The notes beneath the pieces are model-generated. The model was given only the letters and a program-made list of their open reading frames with translations, was not told the origin of the DNA and did no database searches. The position numbers and the translations under genes were made by a program. From the sequence record SRR20825006_2405: 20,000 bases of DNA; one strand, given 5' to 3'. Positions 1-9,215 of this stretch are shown here, piece after piece (position 1 is the stretch's first letter; each line of letters opens with the position of its first letter).

Positions 1-1122
1 GCTTATAGCCGCCGTTGGTGAGATAACGCCTGTATCGTTATTGGGGCTATGGGCATTGTACCCTATGCTCCCATCATTATTTCTTGAGTAACTCGCTGTA
101 AGCCCCCAACAATCTGCTCCGTAATCTTGATGAAACCCGGGATTTGCCACACAATATTCATAATTGATCATGGTGTGATTTACGTTTACATCCCAATAGT
201 TGACATAATCATCGGAAAGGTTTCTTGGGTCGAGCCCCAAATAGGAATAATGTGCCCAAAATAGTGGCCCACCAAATTGCTCAGCGCCGTTGTGCTTTAC
301 CAAGAGTGGATAACCGTATTGGGTATTTGATGATTGTATTCCTCCATTGGAAGCCCAACCGTTGGTATAAACTTCCTTTTCGATAGTAAAATCAGGTGAA
401 GCGGCCGCCATGACATAGGTTATCAAAACTTCGTTGTACCCTTCAAGCGGCATATTGATTGCAAAATCATGATTTGGGCTCCAGTGCCAATACAATACAT
501 TTTGATTTTGTGTATACCAATCCCATTCCACACCTTTCCAGAGATTATCAGCATGTTGGGCCAGTGCTTGTTCTACATCCGTCCCATTTTTGAAATATTC
601 CTTTATACAAACCAAACCTTGTGCCAAGAAGGCGGTCTCTACCAAATCACCTCCATCATCCAAGTCGCTAAATGGGATAACGGCACCTGTAGCACCATTT
701 ATCCAATGTGGCCAAGCCCCATGAAATCGGTCCGCATTTTCAAGAAAATCCAATAAGGTATTCAATCGCTCCACGGCTTCTGTCCGAGAAACATATCCTC
801 TTTCAATACCTACCAAAATAGCCATAAGCCCGAACCCCGTTCCACCTGCCGTTACAACACCTTCACTGTTTCCGGGGTCATTGGGGTGATATCTTTCCCT
901 TGCGCCACCGGAGTTGGAATCGGCATAGTCCCAGAAATATTTAAAGGTTTCCTCTTGGGTCAAATCCAATAGTTCTTCATCCGAAATTGCAGGTTCTTCT
1001 TCCTCTTCTTCGGAACCGCTACCTGGCAGCTCTGGTTCTGTGGGAACATAGGTATAGTCATCGCCTCCACAGGACAGCATCACAATCGAAAAAAGTGAGA
1101 GGTATATTGCTTTTTTAATCAT
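1..1122 (-). CDS. GH144-like (glucoamylase-like/DUF3131) lipoprotein, probable beta-1,2-glucanase; 3' end truncated by window
   Basis: Absent from the ORF track because it runs off the window. Manual translation from ATG 1122 gives MIKKAIYLSLFSIVMLSC GGDD...EELLDLTQEETFKYFWDYA and ends ...YNAHSPNNDTGVISPTAAIS at base 1. It has a lipobox (MLSC) and is a clear paralogue of 1115-2494 (TFxYFWD, GxGFGLMAILVG, RFHGAWPHW, GGDLVET, GYNE, GPLFWAHYS). It overlaps the upstream stop by 8 nt (ATGATTAA). Confidence 0.85.
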   Translation of the reverse strand, partial: MIKKAIYLSLFSIVMLSCGGDDYTYVPTEPELPGSGSEEEEEEPAISDEELLDLTQEETFKYFWDYADSNSGGARERYHPNDPGNSEGVVTAGGTGFGLMAILVGIERGYVSRTEAVERLNTLLDFLENADRFHGAWPHWINGATGAVIPFSDLDDGGDLVETAFLAQGLVCIKEYFKNGTDVEQALAQHADNLWKGVEWDWYTQNQNVLYWHWSPNHDFAINMPLEGYNEVLITYVMAAASPDFTIEKEVYTNGWASNGGIQSSNTQYGYPLLVKHNGAEQFGGPLFWAHYSYLGLDPRNLSDDYVNYWDVNVNHTMINYEYCVANPGFHQDYGADCWGLTASYSRNNDGSIGYNAHSPNNDTGVISPTAAIS

Positions 1123-2494
1123 CTGTGTTTGTGATCTCGGGGCTTTCAAAACCCAACTTCTTCAAGCCTTTTTGTACTTCTTCATTGGCCATGAACAATT
1201 TCCAGAACAATCCACTTCGATAGTTTTCAATCATCACTGGAATTGGACCTTGGTCTATTGCCAAGTATCGTGGCAAGTACCAATCTTCCTCTAGGCTGAA
1301 AGCGTCGTAAGGACCGTACTTTCCTATGAGGCTATCCTGTTCTTTGTACATAAACCGTAAAAATTGCTTGCTCTCTTCGGGAGTATATGGCATGGAAGAA
1401 AGTGCTGCGGTTGGGGAAATTACGCCCAAATCAGCTTCGGGTCGGTGCCCAGCATATCCATTTATGGAATAGCTTGAGGTGAGACCCCAGCAATCTTTTC
1501 CATACCCTTCATAATCCTTCGGATTGTCCACACAATATTTATAGTGAATCAATGCATGGTTCTTGTTCAGTTTCCAATAGTCGCCAAATTGATCCTTCAA
1601 CCCTTTAGGATTAAGTCCTAAGTAGGAATAATGCGCCCAAAACAAGGGCCCAACGGGTGCATTACTATGCTCATAATGATTGAGTTCAGTTTCTAGGCCG
1701 TAGTATGTGGTATCTTTGGCGATTTGTCCGTCGACTCCCCAACCTTTTTCATAAACTGATTTTTTGATAGGGTGTGAGGGAGATGCTGCTGCCAAAATAT
1801 ACATAATCAGGGCTTCGTTGTAACCACCTACGGGAAAGTTCATTTCCCATTGGTACTCGGGACTCCAATGCCAGTATAGCACCTCTTCTCCGTTCTTGGT
1901 ATACCAGTCCCACTCAACTTCTTCCCATAGCTCTTGGATTTTTTGGGCCAATTGCTGTTCACGTTCATTTCCATCCTTAAAATAGGCTTGAACGGTCAGT
2001 AATCCTTGCACCAAAAAAGCTGTCTCTACCAAATCTCCTCCATTGTCTTTTTTGCTAAAAGGGGTCACTTTTCCTGATGGTAACAGCCAATGGGGCCAAG
2101 CCCCATGAAAACGGTCTGCATTTTCTAAAAAACCAACAATTTGCTCGTAGCGTTCCAGTGCCTGTTCACGGGTGATGAATTCTCTTTCGACACCTACCAA
2201 AATGGCCATCAGTCCAAAACCTGAACCTCCTGTGGTAATAATGTCCTTATCGTGGTTGGGGTAGACTCCATCCATGTGAATTCGTTCCCTAGCCAATCCT
2301 GAGACCGGTTCTGCTCCATCCCAAAAGTAGTTGAAGGTCTGGTATTGGACCGAATCGAGCAACGCCTCATCGGTATAAGCCAAACTATCCGAATAACTTT
2401 CAGATGTTGATTCTTTGCTTTTTTCCTTAGTTTTTTGGCCATTGCACCCTATAAGTAGGGTGACAACGGCCAATGGTAATACAATTAACCTCAT
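1115..2494 (-). CDS. GH144-like (glucoamylase-like/DUF3131) lipoprotein, probable beta-1,2-glucanase
   Basis: 459 aa ORF with lipobox LLIGC. Motifs TFNYFWDGAEPVSGLARER, RFHGAWPHW, GGDLVET, GYNEALI, GPLFWAHYS and YLAIDQGP are typical of Bacteroidota GH144 (alpha/alpha)6 enzymes. Confidence 0.85.
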   Translation of the reverse strand: MRLIVLPLAVVTLLIGCNGQKTKEKSKESTSESYSDSLAYTDEALLDSVQYQTFNYFWDGAEPVSGLARERIHMDGVYPNHDKDIITTGGSGFGLMAILVGVEREFITREQALERYEQIVGFLENADRFHGAWPHWLLPSGKVTPFSKKDNGGDLVETAFLVQGLLTVQAYFKDGNEREQQLAQKIQELWEEVEWDWYTKNGEEVLYWHWSPEYQWEMNFPVGGYNEALIMYILAAASPSHPIKKSVYEKGWGVDGQIAKDTTYYGLETELNHYEHSNAPVGPLFWAHYSYLGLNPKGLKDQFGDYWKLNKNHALIHYKYCVDNPKDYEGYGKDCWGLTSSYSINGYAGHRPEADLGVISPTAALSSMPYTPEESKQFLRFMYKEQDSLIGKYGPYDAFSLEEDWYLPRYLAIDQGPIPVMIENYRSGLFWKLFMANEEVQKGLKKLGFESPEITNTDD

Positions 2495-2551
2495 AGAAAT
2501 AACTAAACTTACTAACTCAAATATTTTGATGTGCTACAAACAAGTAGCTCA

Positions 2552-4348
2552 TTAATTGTTCATGACTTCCTGTACCTCTTCTTGGGTAAGGGATTTATTG
2601 TAGAACCGTAGTTCATCTATTTGACTTTCGTCCGATAAATGGCCCCACTCGGTAAATCTTGGTGCACCGGAACCTATACTGAAGAAATCACAATCGGTCC
2701 AATCGATACCGGATATTGTATTTTGTCCCACTGGTTCTCCATCGATATAAACGACAGCATTGGAACCAGAAATTGTAATGGCCAAGTGTATCCAACCCGT
2801 TGCAACCAATGGATCTAGGTCGGCATTTTCTCCGCCATCTACCCATACATCCGCTGTGCCATCACCTACATTTAGCTTGAAGCGTTGCATTCCACCTACA
2901 TTTTCCCTAAAGAAACGGAATCCGCTGGTTCTAAGGTTCTGAACTTCTGGATAGCCAGCATTTTCGGTATCCTCCGGTCCTGACGTTAAAATACCTGCGT
3001 TATTTTCGGTCACATTCATTTTGTACCACATGGTAGCACTAAAATTGTCTGATGTCAATCCTTGCGTTGGGAATGTCAAATATGAATCTACAGCTCCGGC
3101 GTAGGCATCCGTACCTTCTAAGCTCTCTCCTGCAAATCCTGGGTTTCCAACTTCGGTTGCCTCAATTTCCCTGAACATTTCCATATAATCCCCGTCAAAT
3201 GGCATGTAGAAGAATTCCCCGTCAAATGTTGGTGGGTAAGATGAAACAAATTCTCCCGAATCATCGGCCATAATAGTTTGAATTTCTTCTTGGGTGATTG
3301 CTCGATTGAAAATTCTAAGCTCATCCATCAAACTTTGGTCGGAAAGATGGTTCCACTCGGTAAAGTTAGGTGCTCCCGACATGATAGAAAGGACATTGCA
3401 ATCGGTCCAATCAATACCTGGGAAGGCATTTTGACTTACGACTTGACCATTGATATAAACCGTGGCCTCGGAACCTGATAAAGTAAATGCCAAGTTCACC
3501 CATTCACCGGTAGAAGGATCTACATCTGCCATTTCTCCACCATCAAACCATTCTGCTCCTTCACCATAACCTGCGGTGAGCTTGAATCTTTGTTCTCCAC
3601 CGGCATTTTCCCTAAAAAAGGCAAAGCCTTTGTTTCTATCATTTGTGGTTCCATCAGTCATTGGAGGGCTCATGGTCAAAATACCAGCCCTGTCCGGCAC
3701 GGCATTTATTTTCACCCAGAAAATGGCACTAAACTCAGGATTTGTCAATCCATCTGTTGGCAATGTTAAATAAGCTCCTTCTGCTCCGACATAAGCACCT
3801 GAACCGCTTAGGCTTTCTTCTTCACTTGCAAATGATGGGCTACCTACTATGGTCGGAGTTTGGAAAGAAATTAAATCTATCCAATCGCCGTCAAAAGGCA
3901 TATATAAAATCTCACCTTCATATTTTGGAATATAAGGTGGTTCCTTTGAGAAGTTTACAGTCGTAGAAGTAGTTTTACCATCCAAATCGGTAGCGGTTAC
4001 CATTAACTCGTGCTCTCCGTCACCCAACCCTTCGTATACCAAATCGTTTACGAGTACACGGCGGTAATCTATGTATCCTCCATTATAACTGGCAATTGTA
4101 TTGCCATCCAATATTACATTTATAGATCCGACCTCAATATCATCGGTAACTTCAAAGGATATGTTTATCGATGTAGTCTCGGCAGGCACTTTAATCACAT
4201 TTCCTGCCACTGGCGTATTTATGGTAACCTGTGGTGCTGTTTCATCCACTCCGGCATCCACTGCCGTTATAGGGTCGATTCCTTGGTCACATCCATAAAA
4301 AAGCAGAACGGCCAGACAGTTAATCAGAATAAATCTTATGGTTTTCAT
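2552..4348 (-). CDS. Surface glycan-binding lipoprotein: Ig-like domain plus two LamG/concanavalin-A-like domains
   Basis: 598 aa with lipobox LFYGC. An Ig-like segment (DETAPQVTI...GEHELMVTATD) is followed by two internal repeats starting YMPFDGD and ending DELRxxNxxxTQEExQ, typical of LamG_3. It sits immediately after susD. Confidence 0.8.
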   Translation of the reverse strand: MKTIRFILINCLAVLLFYGCDQGIDPITAVDAGVDETAPQVTINTPVAGNVIKVPAETTSINISFEVTDDIEVGSINVILDGNTIASYNGGYIDYRRVLVNDLVYEGLGDGEHELMVTATDLDGKTTSTTVNFSKEPPYIPKYEGEILYMPFDGDWIDLISFQTPTIVGSPSFASEEESLSGSGAYVGAEGAYLTLPTDGLTNPEFSAIFWVKINAVPDRAGILTMSPPMTDGTTNDRNKGFAFFRENAGGEQRFKLTAGYGEGAEWFDGGEMADVDPSTGEWVNLAFTLSGSEATVYINGQVVSQNAFPGIDWTDCNVLSIMSGAPNFTEWNHLSDQSLMDELRIFNRAITQEEIQTIMADDSGEFVSSYPPTFDGEFFYMPFDGDYMEMFREIEATEVGNPGFAGESLEGTDAYAGAVDSYLTFPTQGLTSDNFSATMWYKMNVTENNAGILTSGPEDTENAGYPEVQNLRTSGFRFFRENVGGMQRFKLNVGDGTADVWVDGGENADLDPLVATGWIHLAITISGSNAVVYIDGEPVGQNTISGIDWTDCDFFSIGSGAPRFTEWGHLSDESQIDELRFYNKSLTQEEVQEVMNN

Positions 4349-4359
4349 TTTTACTTGTA

Positions 4360-5910
4360 TTAATTGTTGATTATATCCATCAAAATCGGGAATTCATCAA
4401 TTTGATCTTGATGGTAAGTAACAAAAGTTCTATCCGGGGTAAAGGTTCTTCCTTCGAAGCTCAGCTCCTCATATCTGCCCAATCTGACCATGTCCAAAAA
4501 TCGCTTGCCCCATTCCATGGCCAGTTCTGCATATTTCTCGTCGACCACCTGATCTAGGGTAACTCCGCTTATGGGTGCCAATCCAACTCTGCCCCTTACC
4601 ATGTTCACCGCTTGATCTGCAGTCATTCCGGAACCAGTTGCCCCATGTAGCAAGGCTTCTGCATAAATCAACAATGTTTCTGCGTATCTATAAACTATAT
4701 AGTTTTTATTACTTCCATAATCTGTTCGACCCATAATCAATTGATTACTGGGCAAATAATGTTTTCCACTACAGAAAATAGCCCTTTCATTATCCAACAA
4801 TACATCTCCGTCCCGAGTTTCTGGTGAAACGAAATCTGGCAATGTTTCGGCAGTATAACCAGTGGATGAAATAATACTGTCTATTCCGTTTTGGGTGAAC
4901 AGTACAGTTGTTTCCAGACGTTCGGTTTCTCCCCTATCCAACATGAATTTAACATATTTCATACTGGGTTCGAAAAAGCCCCATCCACCTGCTGAACCAG
5001 CTACGGACGGTGTCCATCCATTGGGGCCGTAAGGTGCGTAAAGATGACCTACCCTATCTCCCGTTCCCGAATTAAAGTCCGAATATTGGAGTTCGAACAG
5101 GTTTTCATCGCTCAACTTTCCGGGGGTTTTAAACAACTCATAATAATCTGACATCAAGGAGAATTTACCCGAACTTATTATCTGACCGGCCGCATCTGCA
5201 ACTGCTTGGTAGTTTTCCAGTTCTTGATTCGCCAAAGCTTTCACCATTAATGCTGTATATCGGGTTACTCCACCTGGCAAATCTGTACGTTCGTTGGGCC
5301 TCATATTGGGCAATAATGGAATTGCTTCGTCCATTTGGTCGGATATGTGCTGCATCACCTCTTCTTTGGTGGGTACAGAGGTCACATTTTCAAAAGCACT
5401 TAAATCTGAAGACTCCGGAATAAATACTGCGCCATAGACCTGCGACAATTGAAAAAGCAATATAGATCGTAGAACCTTTGCCTCGGCTATGTATCGGTTC
5501 CCTAGGGCAATTCCGTCCTCATCGGCAAACTCCATGTACCTTTCAATTTGTTCCATTCCTGTATGTGCCGCAATGATATCACCGTAGTAGGTTTCCCATA
5601 AGGTTCTTGAACCAAAAAAGGAGTTATCATATACATAACGGTCTTGATTTTTAAGACCCTGCTGATCACCTGCTGCATTTACATCATCTCCCCGGGTTGC
5701 CACAACCAAAGGCTGCTCCCACCCTCTATCGTTGACTGCCTGATAGATTCCGGTTAAGGAGAAAATCATATCACTTGTCTTTGAAAAATCGGTCCCACCA
5801 GCAAAATTATTGTTGAGTTCTGGTTGGTCAAGTTCACTACTGCAGCTTGAAATCAAGATGCCCAAGAATGCGAAGACCGTAAAAAAATTGTTTGTTTTTA
5901 TTAATTTCAT
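4360..5910 (-). CDS. susD: SusD/RagB family nutrient-binding outer-membrane lipoprotein
   Basis: Start reassigned to MKLIKTNN (5910), 10 nt after the susC stop. Lipobox LISSC; SusD motifs AEAKVLRS, YRYAETLLIYAEA, VNMVRGRVGL and ELAMEWGKRFLDMVR. Confidence 0.92.
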   Translation of the reverse strand: MKLIKTNNFFTVFAFLGILISSCSSELDQPELNNNFAGGTDFSKTSDMIFSLTGIYQAVNDRGWEQPLVVATRGDDVNAAGDQQGLKNQDRYVYDNSFFGSRTLWETYYGDIIAAHTGMEQIERYMEFADEDGIALGNRYIAEAKVLRSILLFQLSQVYGAVFIPESSDLSAFENVTSVPTKEEVMQHISDQMDEAIPLLPNMRPNERTDLPGGVTRYTALMVKALANQELENYQAVADAAGQIISSGKFSLMSDYYELFKTPGKLSDENLFELQYSDFNSGTGDRVGHLYAPYGPNGWTPSVAGSAGGWGFFEPSMKYVKFMLDRGETERLETTVLFTQNGIDSIISSTGYTAETLPDFVSPETRDGDVLLDNERAIFCSGKHYLPSNQLIMGRTDYGSNKNYIVYRYAETLLIYAEALLHGATGSGMTADQAVNMVRGRVGLAPISGVTLDQVVDEKYAELAMEWGKRFLDMVRLGRYEELSFEGRTFTPDRTFVTYHQDQIDEFPILMDIINN

Positions 5911-5920
5911 AGCTTTTGTT

Positions 5921-8900
5921 TTATATTTTAATATTGACACCCAATGTGTATACTCCTGGTATTGGGTAAGTCTGATTGTCCCTTCCATCTTGCACCTCCG
6001 GAGTGAAACCGTTATAATTAAATAAGGTAAGAGGTCTCTCCGCTGTCACATAAAATCGTATTTGTGGGCTGAACTTCCCTGTCAATTCTGGTAGGGTATA
6101 TCCCAGAGTTACATTTTGCAACCTCACGAAATCACCTTTTTCAACAAAGAAGCTATTGAGGAACTGATTGCTCCATGGGTTTCTGATACCTCTTGCAGAA
6201 GGATAGGAATTGGTAGAGCCAGCACTGGTCCAACGGTTTACTGCAAAATCCCTATCTATGTTCGGGTCAGGGGTTTGACGAATTGCGAATCGTTTTTGAT
6301 TGGCAATAACATTTCCTCCTTGTCCTATTACATTTAAGGAGAAATCCCATGCCTTGTAATTGAGACCAAGATTGAATCCAAAAGTATAGGTGGGTATGTA
6401 CGACCCTAAATCGACACGGTCTTGCGCATCTATCATCATATCTCCATTGTGGTCCACGAACCTAAAATCGCCAGGTTCAACAGTCAAACCATTAGCTATA
6501 GCAGTTTGAGCAGCTGGGTCATTTTGTATCTCTTCTGGTGTTTGGTACACCCCAGCAACCTCAAGTCCGAAGAAAGGATTTATAGTTCCCCCGACCACGG
6601 TCCTTTGTGCAACATCGCCCCCTGAAGTCAAATTTTCCTGGCCTTTAAGGTCCAGTACTTCATTTTTAAGGGTTGAAAAGTTTGCACCTATATTGTAACT
6701 GAAATTGTCTGAAACCTTCTTGTTCCAATTCAACACCACTTCAAATCCTGTATTCCTTATTTTTCCAACATTCTGCCTAGTGGTTCCCGGCACTAACAAT
6801 CTGGAAACTGGAATAACCGCGTCCCGAGTATCCCTTCTAAAGTAATCGGCCTCCATGGACAATTGATTGTTGAACATTCTTGCCGTTATACCCACATTGG
6901 TCTCTGCCGTTACTTCCCATTTAAGAGCTTCAAAATCGCTACTGGTGACCTGCCCGGGATATGGGGTGTCTCCAAATGCCGCAACCACTTCCTCCGAAGT
7001 AATACCTCCTGAACTGGATGCCACGTTGGCGTTCCCCAATTCACCCCAGCTTCCTCTAAACTTTAGAAAATTGATTGCATTGGTTTCAGGAAAAAAAGAT
7101 TCTTCGGAAATTACCCAACCAGCACCAATTGTTGGAAAATACCCCCATTTCTCTTGATACTTACTGGTTCCATCCGCACGTACCGTACCATATAGAAGGT
7201 ATCGGTCATCAAAATTATAGGCAATCCGGCCAAAATAGGAAAAGAAATATTCCCTTGCACCGTCGTCACCCGTAACCCTAACGCGGTCGTTATCCACACT
7301 GGTATCGATAGTATCGGCCAAATCCAAATAATAGGATTCATCCCCAATTCCCGGGCCATTGGGGAAATTCAATCCTTTTACTTCCAAGAGTTCAAAAGAT
7401 CTATCCCTAAATGCAGTACCTGCCAAAACGGTCAAGTTATGTTTTCCAAAACTGTCGTTATAAGTTAAAGTATTGTCCCAGGTCTGTTCTGAAAAATTTT
7501 CGGTTCTTTTTATCAATTCTGCATTTTCCCTAAAGGCATCTCCATTTCCAAAAAAGTAAGGAAGTCTTACTTCTCTAACTTCCAAAGTTTCATAGTTGTG
7601 GTAATACGCTGTCTTAAATGTTAATTTATCCGGAACTAGTTCATAGCTCAAGTCAATGGTCATCAATGTATTCCTTGTCTTGTTTCTATTTTGCGTATTT
7701 TCCATTATTGGGAAAGGGTTTTGGGTGCCCCTATATCCTAAATCCTGTGCATTGGCATAAGGTCTTGGGTAGGCCTCTGTTTTGGAAGGATCCAGAACAG
7801 GCATAACGGGTACTGCAAAATATGCCAGTGCAAAAGCAGTGTCTTCTGGCCTAAATCTGGTAGCATTGCTAAAAAGAGTGGACACTCCTACGCTTAGACG
7901 ATCACTAACATCAAAATTCAATTTGCTCCGAATATTGAATCGTTCATAATCGTTCTTCATTTTAAGTATCCCTTCCTGTTCAAAATAGTTCAAGCCAACA
8001 GAATAAGTAATATTTTCCGATCCACCGGCTACACCAAAACTATGGTTTTGCTGTAGGGCATGCCTAAGAATCAAATCGTACCAATCCGTATTAACGTTTG
8101 GAACATTGGGATTAATCCTACTTCTACCATATCGTTGTATGGCATTTTCAATGTATTGTGCCTCAGCTGCCGACCCCGATTCCCTAGCTAAGTTTACAAA
8201 CTGTTCCGAATTGGAAAGTTTCACCAAGTTTTGGGCCACTTGGACCCCTTGATAACCGCTATAAGTAATCTGAGGCTTTTGATTTGGCCTACCTGATTTG
8301 GTTTCGATCAATACAACACCATTTGCAGCACGAACACCATAAATAGCAGCCGCGGAAGCATCTTTAAGTACAGAAATACTTTCTATATCCTCCGTATTCA
8401 AAAAATCGATGTCGTCGAAAAAAGTACCATCCACAACATAGAGCGGATTGGATGCCCCCCCTACATATGAACCGATACCTCTTACCCGAATAGTAGGACC
8501 GGTACCTGGTGCACCACTACTTACCACCTGTAAACCCGCCACCTTACCTTGAAGAGCCTGCATAGCGGCACCGGAAGGGGTTCGGGCTATATCTTCAGAT
8601 TTCACAGTTGCAATGGAACCTGTTAAATCAGCTTTCTTCTGTGTTCCATAGCCGACCACAACAACTTCATCTAGACTTTGCGTGTCTTCCTGCATCGTCA
8701 AGTTGATAGTTGTTCTATTATTAATTGGTATGGTTTGAGAGGTAAAACCAACGTAACTGAATACCAATGAACCATCTCCCGGAACGTTGTCCAAGGTATA
8801 GTTTCCATCAAAGTCCGTTTGGATTCCTGTTGTAGTACCCTCAAGTACCACACTTGCTCCAGGCAAGGGTTGCCCTTGTTCATCGGTTACCGTTCCCGAA

Positions 8901-8980
8901 ACCGTTATATTGTTTTGGGCCAAAACGACGACCTGAAACAATAAAAATGACATTAGCAAAAGTTTGCTTTTAATTTTCAT
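5921..8980 (-). CDS. susC: SusC/RagA family TonB-dependent receptor
   Basis: 1019 aa with a signal peptide, carboxypeptidase-regulatory-like N-domain (VSGTVTDEQGQPLPGASV), LDEVVVVGYGTQKK, plug signature DIESISVLKDASAAAIYGVRAANGVVLI, and a C-terminal beta-strand YTLGVNIKI. Confidence 0.95.
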   Translation of the reverse strand: MKIKSKLLLMSFLLFQVVVLAQNNITVSGTVTDEQGQPLPGASVVLEGTTTGIQTDFDGNYTLDNVPGDGSLVFSYVGFTSQTIPINNRTTINLTMQEDTQSLDEVVVVGYGTQKKADLTGSIATVKSEDIARTPSGAAMQALQGKVAGLQVVSSGAPGTGPTIRVRGIGSYVGGASNPLYVVDGTFFDDIDFLNTEDIESISVLKDASAAAIYGVRAANGVVLIETKSGRPNQKPQITYSGYQGVQVAQNLVKLSNSEQFVNLARESGSAAEAQYIENAIQRYGRSRINPNVPNVNTDWYDLILRHALQQNHSFGVAGGSENITYSVGLNYFEQEGILKMKNDYERFNIRSKLNFDVSDRLSVGVSTLFSNATRFRPEDTAFALAYFAVPVMPVLDPSKTEAYPRPYANAQDLGYRGTQNPFPIMENTQNRNKTRNTLMTIDLSYELVPDKLTFKTAYYHNYETLEVREVRLPYFFGNGDAFRENAELIKRTENFSEQTWDNTLTYNDSFGKHNLTVLAGTAFRDRSFELLEVKGLNFPNGPGIGDESYYLDLADTIDTSVDNDRVRVTGDDGAREYFFSYFGRIAYNFDDRYLLYGTVRADGTSKYQEKWGYFPTIGAGWVISEESFFPETNAINFLKFRGSWGELGNANVASSSGGITSEEVVAAFGDTPYPGQVTSSDFEALKWEVTAETNVGITARMFNNQLSMEADYFRRDTRDAVIPVSRLLVPGTTRQNVGKIRNTGFEVVLNWNKKVSDNFSYNIGANFSTLKNEVLDLKGQENLTSGGDVAQRTVVGGTINPFFGLEVAGVYQTPEEIQNDPAAQTAIANGLTVEPGDFRFVDHNGDMMIDAQDRVDLGSYIPTYTFGFNLGLNYKAWDFSLNVIGQGGNVIANQKRFAIRQTPDPNIDRDFAVNRWTSAGSTNSYPSARGIRNPWSNQFLNSFFVEKGDFVRLQNVTLGYTLPELTGKFSPQIRFYVTAERPLTLFNYNGFTPEVQDGRDNQTYPIPGVYTLGVNIKI

Positions 8981-9050
8981 AATTGTGCAAAAATAGAGTT
9001 AGATTTTTACTAAATTAATAAAGAGTGTGTCGATGGCAGGCTGATTGGAA

Positions 9051-9170
9051 TACATAATAAATACATCATTTTTAAAATGCTTTGAAAGCCTTGTTTCACA
9101 GCGTTTGCAGTATACTCTCTTTATTTTGATGTAAAAAAAATTAACATAGTGATGTAGTCTTGATGTAGTC
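9051..9170. promoter_or_regulatory. Candidate operator array of TGATGTA heptamers upstream of susC
   Basis: TGATGTAGTC tandem at 9150-9159 and 9161-9170 (11-bp period), a single TGATGTA at 9127-9133, and an opposite-orientation pair TACATAA 9051-9057 / TACATCA 9062-9068 (also 11-bp period). Confidence 0.6.
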
Positions 9171-9215
9171 AAAAAAACTGCGCCAACCACTTTTAAAACT
9201 CTTATATTACAGGTT

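Noticed and set aside
5911-5988. Longer susD start overlapping susC; similar extensions at 18274, 19380 and 19945
   Set aside because: Signal peptides or family N-termini begin at the downstream ATGs (5910, 18226, 19320, 19906).
8988-8995. TATTTTTG (minus strand) as the susC -7 promoter element
   Set aside because: It lies only 7 nt from the ATG, leaving almost no leader. A TAATTTAG variant about 20 nt further upstream is equally plausible, so I made no call.
9150-9170. Tandem repeat as a CRISPR or VNTR remnant
   Set aside because: It has only two 10-bp units, no spacers and no cas genes. It fits a protein-binding site better.
8999-9190. 63-aa ORF upstream of susC as a possible leader peptide
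   Set aside because: It has a GTG start and no motif, and it lies across the AT-rich promoter/operator region, so it is probably a chance ORF.
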